Positions 27,921 to 37,530 of a DNA stretch of 64,000 nt are shown here, piece by piece. Numbering within the stretch: position 1 is the first letter of the stretch; each line of letters opens with the position of its first letter. Location of the stretch: positions 817-64,816 of IMG/VR virus record IMGVR_UViG_3300006641_000031, one strand, 5' to 3'. The position numbers and the translations under genes are program-made. This DNA is from a virus. Taxonomy: Duplodnaviria > Caudoviricetes. The notes beneath the pieces were generated by a model that saw nothing but the letters and a program-made list of their open reading frames with translations, did no database searches and was not told where the DNA came from.

Positions 27921-28565
27921 ATGGAATACCCAATTCCGATTAAACGAGCTGGGGATCGCCTTTCTGCGGAGCATATTAACCGTTTGGGTCGTGGTGTAGC
28001 GAGGATTGAGGGTCTTCGTGCTCACGGATTTGCAACTACTCGAAATCGTTACGATCAGGTTTCCGTTATAACCCCACCTCCATTTCACCAAGGGAGGTTT
28101 GAAGTTTCCAGCGTTACCATTGATGACGACGATACGGCGAGTTCTGGGTTGTACCTCATTAAACGGAGGTATTACTCCCAGACCTCTGGGGAATGGGTGC
28201 TGGATGATGATACGGTTTACGAGTTAGATTCCCGCGATTTTTGTGCTCGTTGCCGGCTGTTGGTAGGGGATCGGATTACTGCTCATTGGGATGGTTTTCT
28301 GGGTCGGTTTGTGCCTCTAAGTGTCCCCATTTTTCGAAAAGGGGTGGTATCCAGTGAAGGTGGAATCCCCGTAGATGGGAGTGGCAATGTGACTGTCTAC
28401 CGTAATGGGGTTGCCACGGATTGGGTGGCGGAGTGTTGGCTAGATTGGATTCATGGGGACGAGCCAGTATCCAATGGAAAACGGGTGGAGATGTTATTCT
28501 ACCCAGACGAAGATGATGGTTTGGGTCGCTGGAATGTTCATCTGGCAGATTGCGAGGATACCTAA
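27921..28565 (+). CDS. Putative tail-tip protein
   Basis: GAGGTG RBS; GDRLSAEHINRL N-terminal motif; tail-tip position. Confidence 0.5.
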   Translation: MEYPIPIKRAGDRLSAEHINRLGRGVARIEGLRAHGFATTRNRYDQVSVITPPPFHQGRFEVSSVTIDDDDTASSGLYLIKRRYYSQTSGEWVLDDDTVYELDSRDFCARCRLLVGDRITAHWDGFLGRFVPLSVPIFRKGVVSSEGGIPVDGSGNVTVYRNGVATDWVAECWLDWIHGDEPVSNGKRVEMLFYPDEDDGLGRWNVHLADCEDT

Positions 28566-30775
28566 TGAGAGCAAAGGGGAGTATTTCTCGCTGTTGTTGC
28601 CGGGTTTCTTGCGTTTATTTTCGAGACCGCTTTAGCCGCGATGATTCCACTAGTCTCGGCAGCGACTGGAATGAGGTATCTGGGGACTGGGAAATTTCCA
28701 GTCAATCTCTTGTGGCCAATGCCGTGGGTCTTGTGGAGATTTTGCGAGAGCAGCCGGAAACCGAAATCGGCTCCAAAATGCTGCTCACGGGAAGGGTGCT
28801 TCTCCCCAATGCGGGAGACTCATTTCGTGGCTTGGTCGCCTATGATGGAACCACGGGCACGAATTATCTTGCAGCTGAGTTCAGTGTCCAAGCCGATTGC
28901 GGTACGATTACGCTGTATCGCATTCTAGGAGGTGTGGAAACGCAAATCAGTCAAGTCTTGTCTGTGCCTGATTTGCTGCCGGGAACTTCTCACGTCTTTT
29001 CCGTTTGTTACGGGAAGAATAGTACCTCTGGGACTGACCTCTACCTTATGGCCTCCGCGGCTGGAGGTGTGATTGGGAGTACCAGTGCCGTCTCTGCAGA
29101 AGGTCGTATTGCCGGCTTGGAGGTAACCGCCAAGGGGGCCGACCCCGTTACATTTAATTCCATTACGCTCAGCTATACGTATGACGGGGACGATCACCCG
29201 AGTTGCGAAGTTTGTACTGGAATCGTGGGATGTAATTGGGCTGATTTGATGGTGACGGTCACTTCTTTGGCGTGCAATTGGGACATTGTGAGTGGCACGT
29301 GGGGTCCAGGGTCCACGAGTAGCAGTAACGCTCAGGCGATGCTACTAACAGAAAACCCTCACCGAACCAATGTGATGCAAGCCATTGGTTACTTCACCAC
29401 GACAGCCAACGGGGATCAAATTAAGGTTTTCTTAGCAGGGGACGAGATTACTGCTACGTTTGAAGTGGGGACTTCTTGTGGAACCATGACCATTGATGGT
29501 CCTGATGGCTCCCGCTCCATGCAAGTTGCCGGCTTAGTGCCAAATGTGGAGCATTACTTTTGTGTGATTTACGATGGAACGGATGCCATTGCGGGTCTAG
29601 TCCCCAATGCCACTTACGACATTCCCCGCATCCATAATATCCGTCGCGTTTCCGTTCCTACAACGGCGACCGCCACGAATTACACTGCCGGGCTGGGAAC
29701 CGGCACCATGACGGGGACTGTCACGTTTCGGGATGTGGAGTACACAATCCCATATGAGCTGGACCCTTTGTGTGGTTGGTGTTCTGATTGCTTGACAGGG
29801 GTGTATGATGCCTCTCCTCAAGTAGGCTCTAAATGTGAGTTTGAGGTACGAAGTGGAACCTTGGGAGGGGGAGAAACAGGTAACATTACGTTATCTTCGG
29901 TCGGCGATTACGGCATGATGAATGGTGGTGTTGGTGGGGCCAATTTCGTCGCTGCCACATTTACTGGAGGGGCTTATCTTCAAACGGTACGGGTTTATCT
30001 AGCATCCGACTCCACAAGGTCAGGGCCTTGGGGTCAAATCCAATTTGGTCGGAGCACTCCATTTGTTTCTGGGGTGGCTACGCTTTCTTCTGGGGAATCG
30101 GCTCTGGTTCCTCAGGCGATCGCAGGGGCGGAGGTGACTGTAAACCTCTGTTTGACTGCCGGTGGATTAACCATGACGGTAAATCCACATCCAGGGCTTA
30201 TTCCGCCGGCTGATGTGAGTGTGGTTGGAACCGGGACCTCCACGGGAAATTGGGGTGGAATTGAGCTGATTGCGACTGGGGGTGGTTCTCTCTCTGTTAC
30301 GGAATACCACTCCGCGTATTTGAGTCACCCCTATACCGATGAGGAGTGTTACGATTGCGTTCGCATCTGTAACCCCTGCCAAGATAGTTTGTTTCCCGCT
30401 GGATTCGCTGTAGAGCTGGCTGGTATGGGGGCTGGTGGTTGCTGTCCCAACTATGACGGCAGTTATATGGCATTAACGGATGGAACTTGCAGTGCTCGCT
30501 ATTCCAATAACTTCTTGTTTAGTGGGGACCCATGTCAAGTTCCAGGCTTTATTTCCATTAGTTTTACTTCCGTTGGGTCCAACGTCATTATTACGGTGAC
30601 TGTCTACTTCCAAGTGGCTTACCCAGCTCCAGGACAGTTTGTAAATTACAGAAGAACAATTCCAAAACCTTTGAATTGCCGAACAATTTCTGGTTTGGTG
30701 ATTCCATACCTCTCTACTTCTGGAGCTTACGACTGCGACCCAACGGGGTCCACAATAACTCTAACCTCCTTCTAA
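28565..30775 (+). CDS. Cys-rich tail-tip/receptor-binding protein with repeated lectin-like beta-sandwich domains
   Basis: ATG overlaps the upstream TAA. Starts RCCC..C..F.D.FSR...W.EVSGDW. About three related beta domains separated by CxxC linkers. Confidence 0.6.
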   Translation: MRAKGSISRCCCRVSCVYFRDRFSRDDSTSLGSDWNEVSGDWEISSQSLVANAVGLVEILREQPETEIGSKMLLTGRVLLPNAGDSFRGLVAYDGTTGTNYLAAEFSVQADCGTITLYRILGGVETQISQVLSVPDLLPGTSHVFSVCYGKNSTSGTDLYLMASAAGGVIGSTSAVSAEGRIAGLEVTAKGADPVTFNSITLSYTYDGDDHPSCEVCTGIVGCNWADLMVTVTSLACNWDIVSGTWGPGSTSSSNAQAMLLTENPHRTNVMQAIGYFTTTANGDQIKVFLAGDEITATFEVGTSCGTMTIDGPDGSRSMQVAGLVPNVEHYFCVIYDGTDAIAGLVPNATYDIPRIHNIRRVSVPTTATATNYTAGLGTGTMTGTVTFRDVEYTIPYELDPLCGWCSDCLTGVYDASPQVGSKCEFEVRSGTLGGGETGNITLSSVGDYGMMNGGVGGANFVAATFTGGAYLQTVRVYLASDSTRSGPWGQIQFGRSTPFVSGVATLSSGESALVPQAIAGAEVTVNLCLTAGGLTMTVNPHPGLIPPADVSVVGTGTSTGNWGGIELIATGGGSLSVTEYHSAYLSHPYTDEECYDCVRICNPCQDSLFPAGFAVELAGMGAGGCCPNYDGSYMALTDGTCSARYSNNFLFSGDPCQVPGFISISFTSVGSNVIITVTVYFQVAYPAPGQFVNYRRTIPKPLNCRTISGLVIPYLSTSGAYDCDPTGSTITLTSF

Positions 30776-30779
30776 CGCC

Positions 30780-31232
30780 ATGGAATGTAATTTTGTCTTG
30801 ATCCGTCTTGTGGGTTCTTTAGGGGTTTACCGTTGTACTCGTTGTGGGTTTATCACCCCTCCCATTAAGAATAGCAAAATCCATCATCACTGTTCTAATC
30901 CAAATGGCACGGTAAAGGACACGGTTGCTCCGGGCATTGTTTCTCAGGCCAAGCATTACATCTCAGCCGTGATGCGATGGCGGGAGGCCGGCTACCCGGT
31001 AAGAACAGACGATGAGGTAGAGACCATTTTTCGGGAAAAGTGCTCTTGCTGCCATTTGTACTCTGAGACTAAAGGCATCTGTACTCATTCGGAGTGTGGT
31101 TGTTTGGTACGGTCTCCAAATTCTTCTAAATTGGCCAATGCGGCTCGGGCCATCGGTGTTACAATCCCCATCGAAGCAATGGTCAACAAGTTGAGGATGG
31201 CGACCGAGCATTGTCCAGAAAATAAATGGTAG
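30780..31232 (+). CDS. Cys-rich small protein
   Basis: CxxC...C..CGC...KLRMATEHCP.NKW motif. Confidence 0.6.
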   Translation: MECNFVLIRLVGSLGVYRCTRCGFITPPIKNSKIHHHCSNPNGTVKDTVAPGIVSQAKHYISAVMRWREAGYPVRTDDEVETIFREKCSCCHLYSETKGICTHSECGCLVRSPNSSKLANAARAIGVTIPIEAMVNKLRMATEHCPENKW

Positions 31233-31240
31233 GTGGTTTC

Positions 31241-32293
31241 ATGGCGGATTGTGTTTACTTAGGGAAACAACTGACGGTAGAGACCATTCGTTACGAGTGC
31301 CAGATTCATGGAGTGTGCCAGCTCCAAGATGGTTCCCGCACTATTCCCTCTTGTGACACTTGCACGAGGCGGCTGGAAATCAATTCTCCCCAGTTTGTTT
31401 CTCAGTGGGAAGATTGCCTGTCGGTAGTAAATCGGGAATTGAGGCCAGAAAATTACAGTCTACGTGGTCTCCTGGCGGGTCGATCCGTATTCTTAGCTTG
31501 TGGTGGGCCTTCTGCCAAGGAACTGCCCCTGGAATCGCTGAATAATCGCGGTTGCTGGACGATGGCGGTGAACAACATGGCGGGAAATCCACGGTTCCGC
31601 CCCCAAGCATTTGTCTGTAACGACCCTCCACTCAAGTTTTCCCATTCCATTTGGCTGGACCCAGCAATTCTTAAGTTCATTACCACTCCGAAACTTTCGA
31701 CGGGTCGTGGTACTTTGCGGCAGAAGGTGGGTGATTCTTTTATTCGGTTGGTGGATGACCAAAAGAAACCTATTCTAACTCGGGACTGCCCTAATGTCTG
31801 GGGTGTTGCTCGCCGGTTGTGGTTGAAGCCAGACGATTCTTTTTTTCTAAACCCACAAGTTTCTGTAGGCAACTATAAGGCTGGATCAGAAATAAGTGGG
31901 GAGCCTTCCACAATTTGTACGATGCTGATGGCAATGCGGGTGTTGCGGTACTTAGGGGCTTCTCGAGTGTTTTTGTTGGGTGTTGATTTTTATATGGACC
32001 CTGGCAAGGGGCTGTATGACAACTACAGTTTCCAACAGTCTCGGGACATCAACGCTTGCGAGGCCAACAATGCTCAGTTTGCAGTGGTGAACGATTGGTT
32101 GTGTCGTTTGCAAGAGGCGAAAGTATTTGAGCGTTTTGGCATTGAGTTTTTTAATTGCAATCCGGTAAGCCGGCTACGAGCGTTTGATTACGTTTCATTT
32201 GAGACAGCATATCGGCTTGTAACTAAAGGGGTGGAAGCCCGTCCTGACCTGTCTGGCTGGTACGAGAAAAAGGACAAAGTAGAGGAACCCTGA
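31241..32293 (+). CDS. Cys-rich N-domain + Maf/DUF115-like glycosyltransferase domain
   Basis: GRSVFLACGGPS...AVNN...YLGASRVFLLGVDF pattern of the MAF_flag10/sialyltransferase-like fold. Confidence 0.65.
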   Translation: MADCVYLGKQLTVETIRYECQIHGVCQLQDGSRTIPSCDTCTRRLEINSPQFVSQWEDCLSVVNRELRPENYSLRGLLAGRSVFLACGGPSAKELPLESLNNRGCWTMAVNNMAGNPRFRPQAFVCNDPPLKFSHSIWLDPAILKFITTPKLSTGRGTLRQKVGDSFIRLVDDQKKPILTRDCPNVWGVARRLWLKPDDSFFLNPQVSVGNYKAGSEISGEPSTICTMLMAMRVLRYLGASRVFLLGVDFYMDPGKGLYDNYSFQQSRDINACEANNAQFAVVNDWLCRLQEAKVFERFGIEFFNCNPVSRLRAFDYVSFETAYRLVTKGVEARPDLSGWYEKKDKVEEP

Positions 32294-32294
32294 A

Positions 32295-32474
32295 ATGGAA
32301 CGGAAACAACCAGAACCAGAACTTAAGAAGCGATTGCGTTGTCTGCGTTGTTTCCGTTTCTTCTTAACTACAGTCGGCATTCGGATTTGCCCTAAATGCG
32401 AGAAAAAGGGAGGCCGTGATGGATATTCGGAAAAGGTGTATCGCCCTTCACCCCAGGATGGAATGATTCGGTGA
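32295..32474 (+). CDS. Small zinc-finger protein (not in ORF track)
   Basis: 59 aa, MERKQPEPELKKRLRCLRC...RICPKC...; fills the gap between neighbours exactly. Confidence 0.6.
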   Translation: MERKQPEPELKKRLRCLRCFRFFLTTVGIRICPKCEKKGGRDGYSEKVYRPSPQDGMIR

Positions 32475-32477
32475 CCT

Positions 32478-32837
32478 ATGCATTGGGAAAAGAAGAACTG
32501 GGGCCAAGTTTGGCATCTCTATGAAAGTGCGGTTGTTGCGGTGGACCTCTTGTGGACTCGCAAGGGTGGCTTCAGCTCTAAGCATTTTCACTCCCAAAAA
32601 GACAATTTGTTTCTACCTATCACAAGCGAAATTATTGTGGAAATGGAGGCGGGTGATTGTTACCGAGAAAATTGGACTAAGGTTTATCTTCGCCCTGGAA
32701 AAACGCTGATGGTGCCGGCCTTGGTAACCCACTTATTCCGAGTGGAAAAAACAGGGCTGTTACTAGAGGTTTATTTGAGAAACCCGAAGCTCGGTAACGC
32801 GGTTATAGCTGAAGACATTACACGGCTACTGACTTGA
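32478..32837 (+). CDS. Cupin-fold protein (sugar isomerase-like)
   Basis: K.WG...SKHFH..KDN.F...HLF...LLEV motif. Confidence 0.7.
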   Translation: MHWEKKNWGQVWHLYESAVVAVDLLWTRKGGFSSKHFHSQKDNLFLPITSEIIVEMEAGDCYRENWTKVYLRPGKTLMVPALVTHLFRVEKTGLLLEVYLRNPKLGNAVIAEDITRLLT

Positions 32838-32847
32838 AGGAGTTGTT

Positions 32848-33687
32848 GTGGTACCCACTTTTACTGTCTGTATTGGACTAGATAAAAGCCATCTGGAGCA
32901 GTGGGAGATTACCCTTCCAACGTGGGTACGAAATAAACCTACGTTATTTGAACACCCCTTCTTGATTTTTTACGACGATCCACGGTTGGAGCTGCCTATC
33001 TATCGCCTCTTAGAAAAAAATGGGGTGATGTCCCGAACTCGTTGCCAAACGGTGTTATGGGAAAACTTGAGTGCTAAAGCTTCGGGGGATCAGGCTTATA
33101 CAAAGTGGAACGACCCCCATCGGGCTCACATGTTGGCGGGCTTTGTGCATGTCCCTGGGAGACTGGTAAACGTCTCTACGGACTACGTGCTGAAACTGGA
33201 CGTGGATTTGGTAGCGTCCCACCAACCCGATTTGGAGCCTGATACAGAGTGGATTGATGCCCGGTGGTTTGAGTTTTCGCCGGCGATTGTGGCTCACCGT
33301 TGGACGTTTACCAAGCCTCCAGACCAGATGCTAGTTTTGGATCAGTGGGTAAAAGACAACGAGTCGAAACTCCCGTGGTTCTGGAACACACAACCTTTGA
33401 ATATGGTTCCAGTCCCCAATGCCACGAAACTCGGTCATGCCCGTATCATTAGTTGGTGTGGGTTTTTTCGTTCTGATTTTGTATCTATGACGAGTCTCAT
33501 GTGTTTCCATACGGTAGGGGACGCCATGCCCGTTGCCTCCCAAGATGGGTTTCAGTGGTACGTGGCGAAGCGCTTAAAATACCCTATTATTCGCCCGGAC
33601 ATGAAGTCCTTGGGTTGGGAACATTGGGGCACGACGTTTAACCTCAAACAATCAGCTCAGCGCGCATTAGAAGGAACCAAGACTTGA
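32848..33687 (+). CDS. Putative GT-A glycosyltransferase
   Basis: TDYVLKLDVD DxD motif; operon context. Confidence 0.6.
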   Translation: MVPTFTVCIGLDKSHLEQWEITLPTWVRNKPTLFEHPFLIFYDDPRLELPIYRLLEKNGVMSRTRCQTVLWENLSAKASGDQAYTKWNDPHRAHMLAGFVHVPGRLVNVSTDYVLKLDVDLVASHQPDLEPDTEWIDARWFEFSPAIVAHRWTFTKPPDQMLVLDQWVKDNESKLPWFWNTQPLNMVPVPNATKLGHARIISWCGFFRSDFVSMTSLMCFHTVGDAMPVASQDGFQWYVAKRLKYPIIRPDMKSLGWEHWGTTFNLKQSAQRALEGTKT

Positions 33688-34697
33688 AAATCCCACCAAA
33701 CTCCATTGTTTACCTTATGAGTGGCAAGGCCCACCTTCCGTATTTGGTGGTGTCTCTACATACCTTGCGAAAACATTGGACCGGACCCATTTCTGTTTTT
33801 GCGTGGGGGGAATCGTTTGAAACTGCGAAACAGATTGCAAACGATAGGAACTTGGATGTTGCGGTTTACCTCCGCCCCACGAAATATGCACACTCCAAAA
33901 ATGGGCAGTTTTTGGATAAAATTGACCTCATGACTCAGCTGGCAACCAGCTCCAGTCCAGATCAGCGGTACCTATATTTAGATGCAGATACCATGCCCGT
34001 GGGAAACCTTCGGGGCTTAATGGAGGGAAGACCAGACTCCGAACTGCTTTTAACGACGAGGTTCAATCATTGGGTTGTTGCGGGGAGTGTTATTCGCAAC
34101 CGAATCCAACGACTACTCTCTTTGGATGCTCCTTTGTTTTTAGATGGAACGAAGGAACAAGCTCCCTCCATGAGTGTTTTTGCTCACATGCTGCTTCATG
34201 CAGATAATGCCAATTTTCCATCCGTCAATGGAGGTGTGTTTTCTATTCGTGGGGGAATGGCTACGGCGAATTTATTGTCCCTTTGGAAGCAGTGGACCCT
34301 CCAAGCCCACGAGGCGGGGGTGTTTATTCCAGATGAAACGGCACTACACCCTTTGGCGTTTATGCATCATGGGAAAGGGGAGGTAGGGATCTCCCCTCCA
34401 GGGTACAATGTGTCGCCTAAGTATTGCGGAGACCCTGCGCTGTACCCTCAGGGAATTTTCTTGTGGCATTTCCACGGGGACAGCAATGTGCGACCTAAAA
34501 AATCGGCTTACGGTTTTCAGCTTTGGTGGACCCCGTTTTTGGAATGCTTAGATAAGAATGTTGGGGACATGAAGCATTGGTTTCGGTCTACCATGAATAA
34601 ATGGATTCAGTTGGCCTATGCGGAGACCAACATGAGGCTATTGGAAGCCAAATCGGAAGAGTACCGTGTTCTTGGTTTATTGGGGGATGGGGATTAA
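33684..34697 (+). CDS. GT8-like glycosyltransferase
   Basis: L.VSL.TLR.H, YLYLDADT, VNGGVF, PDE.AL, YN and HFHG motifs. Confidence 0.7.
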   Translation: MKIPPNSIVYLMSGKAHLPYLVVSLHTLRKHWTGPISVFAWGESFETAKQIANDRNLDVAVYLRPTKYAHSKNGQFLDKIDLMTQLATSSSPDQRYLYLDADTMPVGNLRGLMEGRPDSELLLTTRFNHWVVAGSVIRNRIQRLLSLDAPLFLDGTKEQAPSMSVFAHMLLHADNANFPSVNGGVFSIRGGMATANLLSLWKQWTLQAHEAGVFIPDETALHPLAFMHHGKGEVGISPPGYNVSPKYCGDPALYPQGIFLWHFHGDSNVRPKKSAYGFQLWWTPFLECLDKNVGDMKHWFRSTMNKWIQLAYAETNMRLLEAKSEEYRVLGLLGDGD

Positions 34698-35333
34698 ATG
34701 AGACTTCAACGTCATGCAGCCTGTTTATGCCGAAACCTAAAACAACTCCTGCCAGAAAATCCAGATGTCAGTTTGATGGGAGCGGAAGTAGGGGTCTGGG
34801 AGGCGGCGACCTCTTGGGCCATGTTTCATCAGTTTCCAAACCTCCATCTAATCATGGTGGATCGCTATCAACCTTTTAACGAAAAAGAGTTGGTTCCAGA
34901 CCACCGGATGGCTAAGTATGATCAAGGCCGATTTGACCGGGCTGCTCGTCGGGCTAAAGCTCGGACAAATTTTGCAGCAGATCGACGGACGATCATGATT
35001 GCCAGTTCAATGGTCGCTGCTCAAATGGTTCCAAATCACTCCCTCCATTTTGTGTTTTTGGACGCCAGCCATGACTACGAAAGTGTGCGGGCAGACATTT
35101 TGGCTTGGTTGCCGAAATTGCGGTCCGATGGGGTTCTTTGTGGCCATGATTACAAAGCAAATCGGCCGGTAGACAATTGGCGAGCGGGAGTGCGGCGAGC
35201 GGTGGATGAAATTTGCTCCCGTCCCCTTTATTTTAGTCCTGGTGATCACGATTTTTACGAATTTAGTCCCTTGTTCGTAACAGACTATTCCTTATGGTTT
35301 ACAAAGGTAACAGGTCCTCGTAATGCGATTTAA
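34698..35333 (+). CDS. Class I SAM methyltransferase (Methyltransf_24-like)
   Basis: GAEVGVWEA, VFLDASHDYESV..DI..W..KL...G.LCGHDY motifs. Confidence 0.85.
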   Translation: MRLQRHAACLCRNLKQLLPENPDVSLMGAEVGVWEAATSWAMFHQFPNLHLIMVDRYQPFNEKELVPDHRMAKYDQGRFDRAARRAKARTNFAADRRTIMIASSMVAAQMVPNHSLHFVFLDASHDYESVRADILAWLPKLRSDGVLCGHDYKANRPVDNWRAGVRRAVDEICSRPLYFSPGDHDFYEFSPLFVTDYSLWFTKVTGPRNAI

Positions 35334-35937
35334 TAAGTTCGACAGCTATCAGGAATACGTGGAAACCCAACAACAACTGAGTCGCAAGAAGGTGCGACGT
35401 CGGCGAGTTCGTGTTTTTACAGTGCCTCAAGTGGTGGACACGATTTGCCGTTACTATCGGGGTTTTCTCTTACAACGAGTGGATTACGGTTGCTGCCACG
35501 GGGTTCGCCAAGGAGCGGAAGTGGACATGATGGCCAAATCCATGGGCGGCGATTGGATTGGCACTGAAATCACTCCGGAATTGTGCGATGGGGTGAAAGT
35601 AATTTGTGCCGATTTCTCTTTGGAGAGGCCGGAATGGCTGAACCGCTTTGATGTGATTTACACAAACTCCTTTGACCATGCCTTGGACCCCTATAAGACG
35701 GCCGATGTATGGGTGAAAAGTTTGAGTCCCCGTGGTCGTTTATTTGTGGAGTGGAACCCATGGAGTAACAAATTAGGTGGCTCTTCTGGCCCCTCTAAAG
35801 CCGATTGTTTTGCCGGCTCTTTGGAGGAGTACATTTCCATTTTCACGCATGTTGCTGATGTGGAAACCGTATTGGAAGCTCCTCAAGACGATCCTCGGTT
35901 TGTTCGTTCCTTAATTGTGGTGAAAGCAGACACATGA
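35323..35937 (+). CDS. Putative SAM methyltransferase
   Basis: CHGVRQGAEV, GTEI, FDVIYTNSFDH and L.P.G.LFVEW motifs. Confidence 0.7.
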   Translation: MRFNKFDSYQEYVETQQQLSRKKVRRRRVRVFTVPQVVDTICRYYRGFLLQRVDYGCCHGVRQGAEVDMMAKSMGGDWIGTEITPELCDGVKVICADFSLERPEWLNRFDVIYTNSFDHALDPYKTADVWVKSLSPRGRLFVEWNPWSNKLGGSSGPSKADCFAGSLEEYISIFTHVADVETVLEAPQDDPRFVRSLIVVKADT

Positions 35938-36518
35938 TTACAGTGGATGGTGTGACCTACTTTGATCACCAGTATTATTTGATCCAGACGCTCCGCCAGT
36001 TGGGACAACAGCAGGGGGAAAAACAGTTCATTACGGCTGTAGAAGTAGGGGTGGCGAGTGGTCGCACAAGTGCGGTTCTTTTGCGGGAGGTGCCAAACTT
36101 ACACCTCTGGATGGTAGATCATTGGACTGCTCCACAGTACCACCCTAAGCGAAACCAAGAGTGGTATGACCGGGCGATGCAGACTGCGATTAACGCGGTG
36201 ACTCCGTTTTACCCAAGGTTCCGAGTGGTAAAAAGCAAATCAGCAGAAGCTCCCAGGTTATTTCTTTATCATTCGGTTGACCTTGTTTTTATCGATGCCG
36301 ATCATAAGTATGATTCTGTATTGGCCGATATGCAAGCTTGGTGGCCCGTCGTTCGTTGGGGTGGAGTTTTTTGTGGCCATGACATTGATGGACCCAAAGA
36401 CAAGAATGGAACGTGGGGAGTGAGGCGAGCGGTAGAGCAGTTTACTGCGGCTCGTGGGTTGGAGTTTACCGTGCATAAGAACTGTTGGCAAATTCAAAAG
36501 CCAACAAAAGAAGAGTAG
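35934..36518 (+). CDS. Class I SAM methyltransferase (Methyltransf_24-like), paralogue of 34698
   Basis: VEVGVASG, VFIDADHKYDSV, GGVFCGHD and GVRRAV motifs. Confidence 0.85.
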   Translation: MITVDGVTYFDHQYYLIQTLRQLGQQQGEKQFITAVEVGVASGRTSAVLLREVPNLHLWMVDHWTAPQYHPKRNQEWYDRAMQTAINAVTPFYPRFRVVKSKSAEAPRLFLYHSVDLVFIDADHKYDSVLADMQAWWPVVRWGGVFCGHDIDGPKDKNGTWGVRRAVEQFTAARGLEFTVHKNCWQIQKPTKEE

Positions 36519-36705
36519 AACGGGGTGCTGTTCGTCGGTCCCTCTCTGGTGATTCGTAGCTGGTGAGAAGCCAGACGGGGAACTCGTGGTTTTTTGTTGT
36601 GGACCACGGGTCATGAAGGGGTGAAGTCGGCGGTCGCTTTTCCTTGGGAAATCCAAAACCATCGCCAGTAAAGACCGCATTTTTTAACTTATGAAAGGCT
36701 TGCAA

Positions 36706-36972
36706 ATGGAAATAGAATGCGAGCGTATAAATAAGCTCATCTTAGAATTATCCCAAGTCATAACAGCAATTACCAAAAAAGAGTCAGAGATGCGAGAACT
36801 CTTGGAAGAGGCTAATCAGCTGTTACGTTCCACTCATTCCATTGCAGAACGGGAAGGTGTGGCAGTAAATTGGGAACCATTTCGACAGCGCGTAAGAGAG
36901 GCATTAGATAAACAGCATCGGTTCTTCTATCCGAACCAGTATTCGAACCAGTCAGCAACGGAGGGGAAGTAA
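36706..36972 (+). CDS. Hypothetical coiled-coil protein
   Basis: ATG after GAAAGG; abuts the next start. Confidence 0.5.
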   Translation: MEIECERINKLILELSQVITAITKKESEMRELLEEANQLLRSTHSIAEREGVAVNWEPFRQRVREALDKQHRFFYPNQYSNQSATEGK

Positions 36973-37530
36973 ATGATTCGGTATGAGTTGGATCGGTTTG
37001 CTTTTGCCTCAGCCCCAAGAACGGGGACCACGTGGTTTCTCAAAACAATGGCCATTCTTGGGAATGACATTGGCTCCAAGGCCACTATCCACATTCCGCA
37101 TCAAGACCCCTACGATTTGATTCGTGTTTCTTTTGTTCGCAACCCTCTGGATTGGTTGTTGTCTTGCTACACGGTGTTTTCCACGGGGGCTGCCATCGGG
37201 GTTCCGGAGGTGGATATTTTTTTGTCCCTGAGTAGAAACTCTTTTCGTGAGTTTATTCAGGACTACTTGCAGACTTGTCCAGGGGCCGTGGGGAAAATGT
37301 TTTCGGCTTATCGGGCGGATTCGTTTATTCGCACGGAGGATCTGCCCTATGGGTTCATCCATTCCATAAAAACAATGACCTCTCGAAAATTTAAGCGGAC
37401 TCAAATGCAGCAAGTGGTGGAGCTTGGCGTTCAAAATAACTCGCAGAAGCGTTGTTTTTGGGACAAGAAACAGAAACAGCAAGTGATGGAAGCGGAACGG
37501 CAAGTAATGGAGTTTTTTGATTACCTATGA
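36973..37530 (+). CDS. Sulfotransferase-family protein
   Basis: 5'-PSB-like PRTGTTW and 3'-PB-like FVRNPLDWLLSCY motifs, plus FIRTEDL. Confidence 0.7.
   Translation: MIRYELDRFAFASAPRTGTTWFLKTMAILGNDIGSKATIHIPHQDPYDLIRVSFVRNPLDWLLSCYTVFSTGAAIGVPEVDIFLSLSRNSFREFIQDYLQTCPGAVGKMFSAYRADSFIRTEDLPYGFIHSIKTMTSRKFKRTQMQQVVELGVQNNSQKRCFWDKKQKQQVMEAERQVMEFFDYL

Noticed and set aside
28565-30775. Diversity-generating retroelement target in the tail-tip gene
   Set aside because: No reverse transcriptase and no template/variable repeat pair seen in the window.
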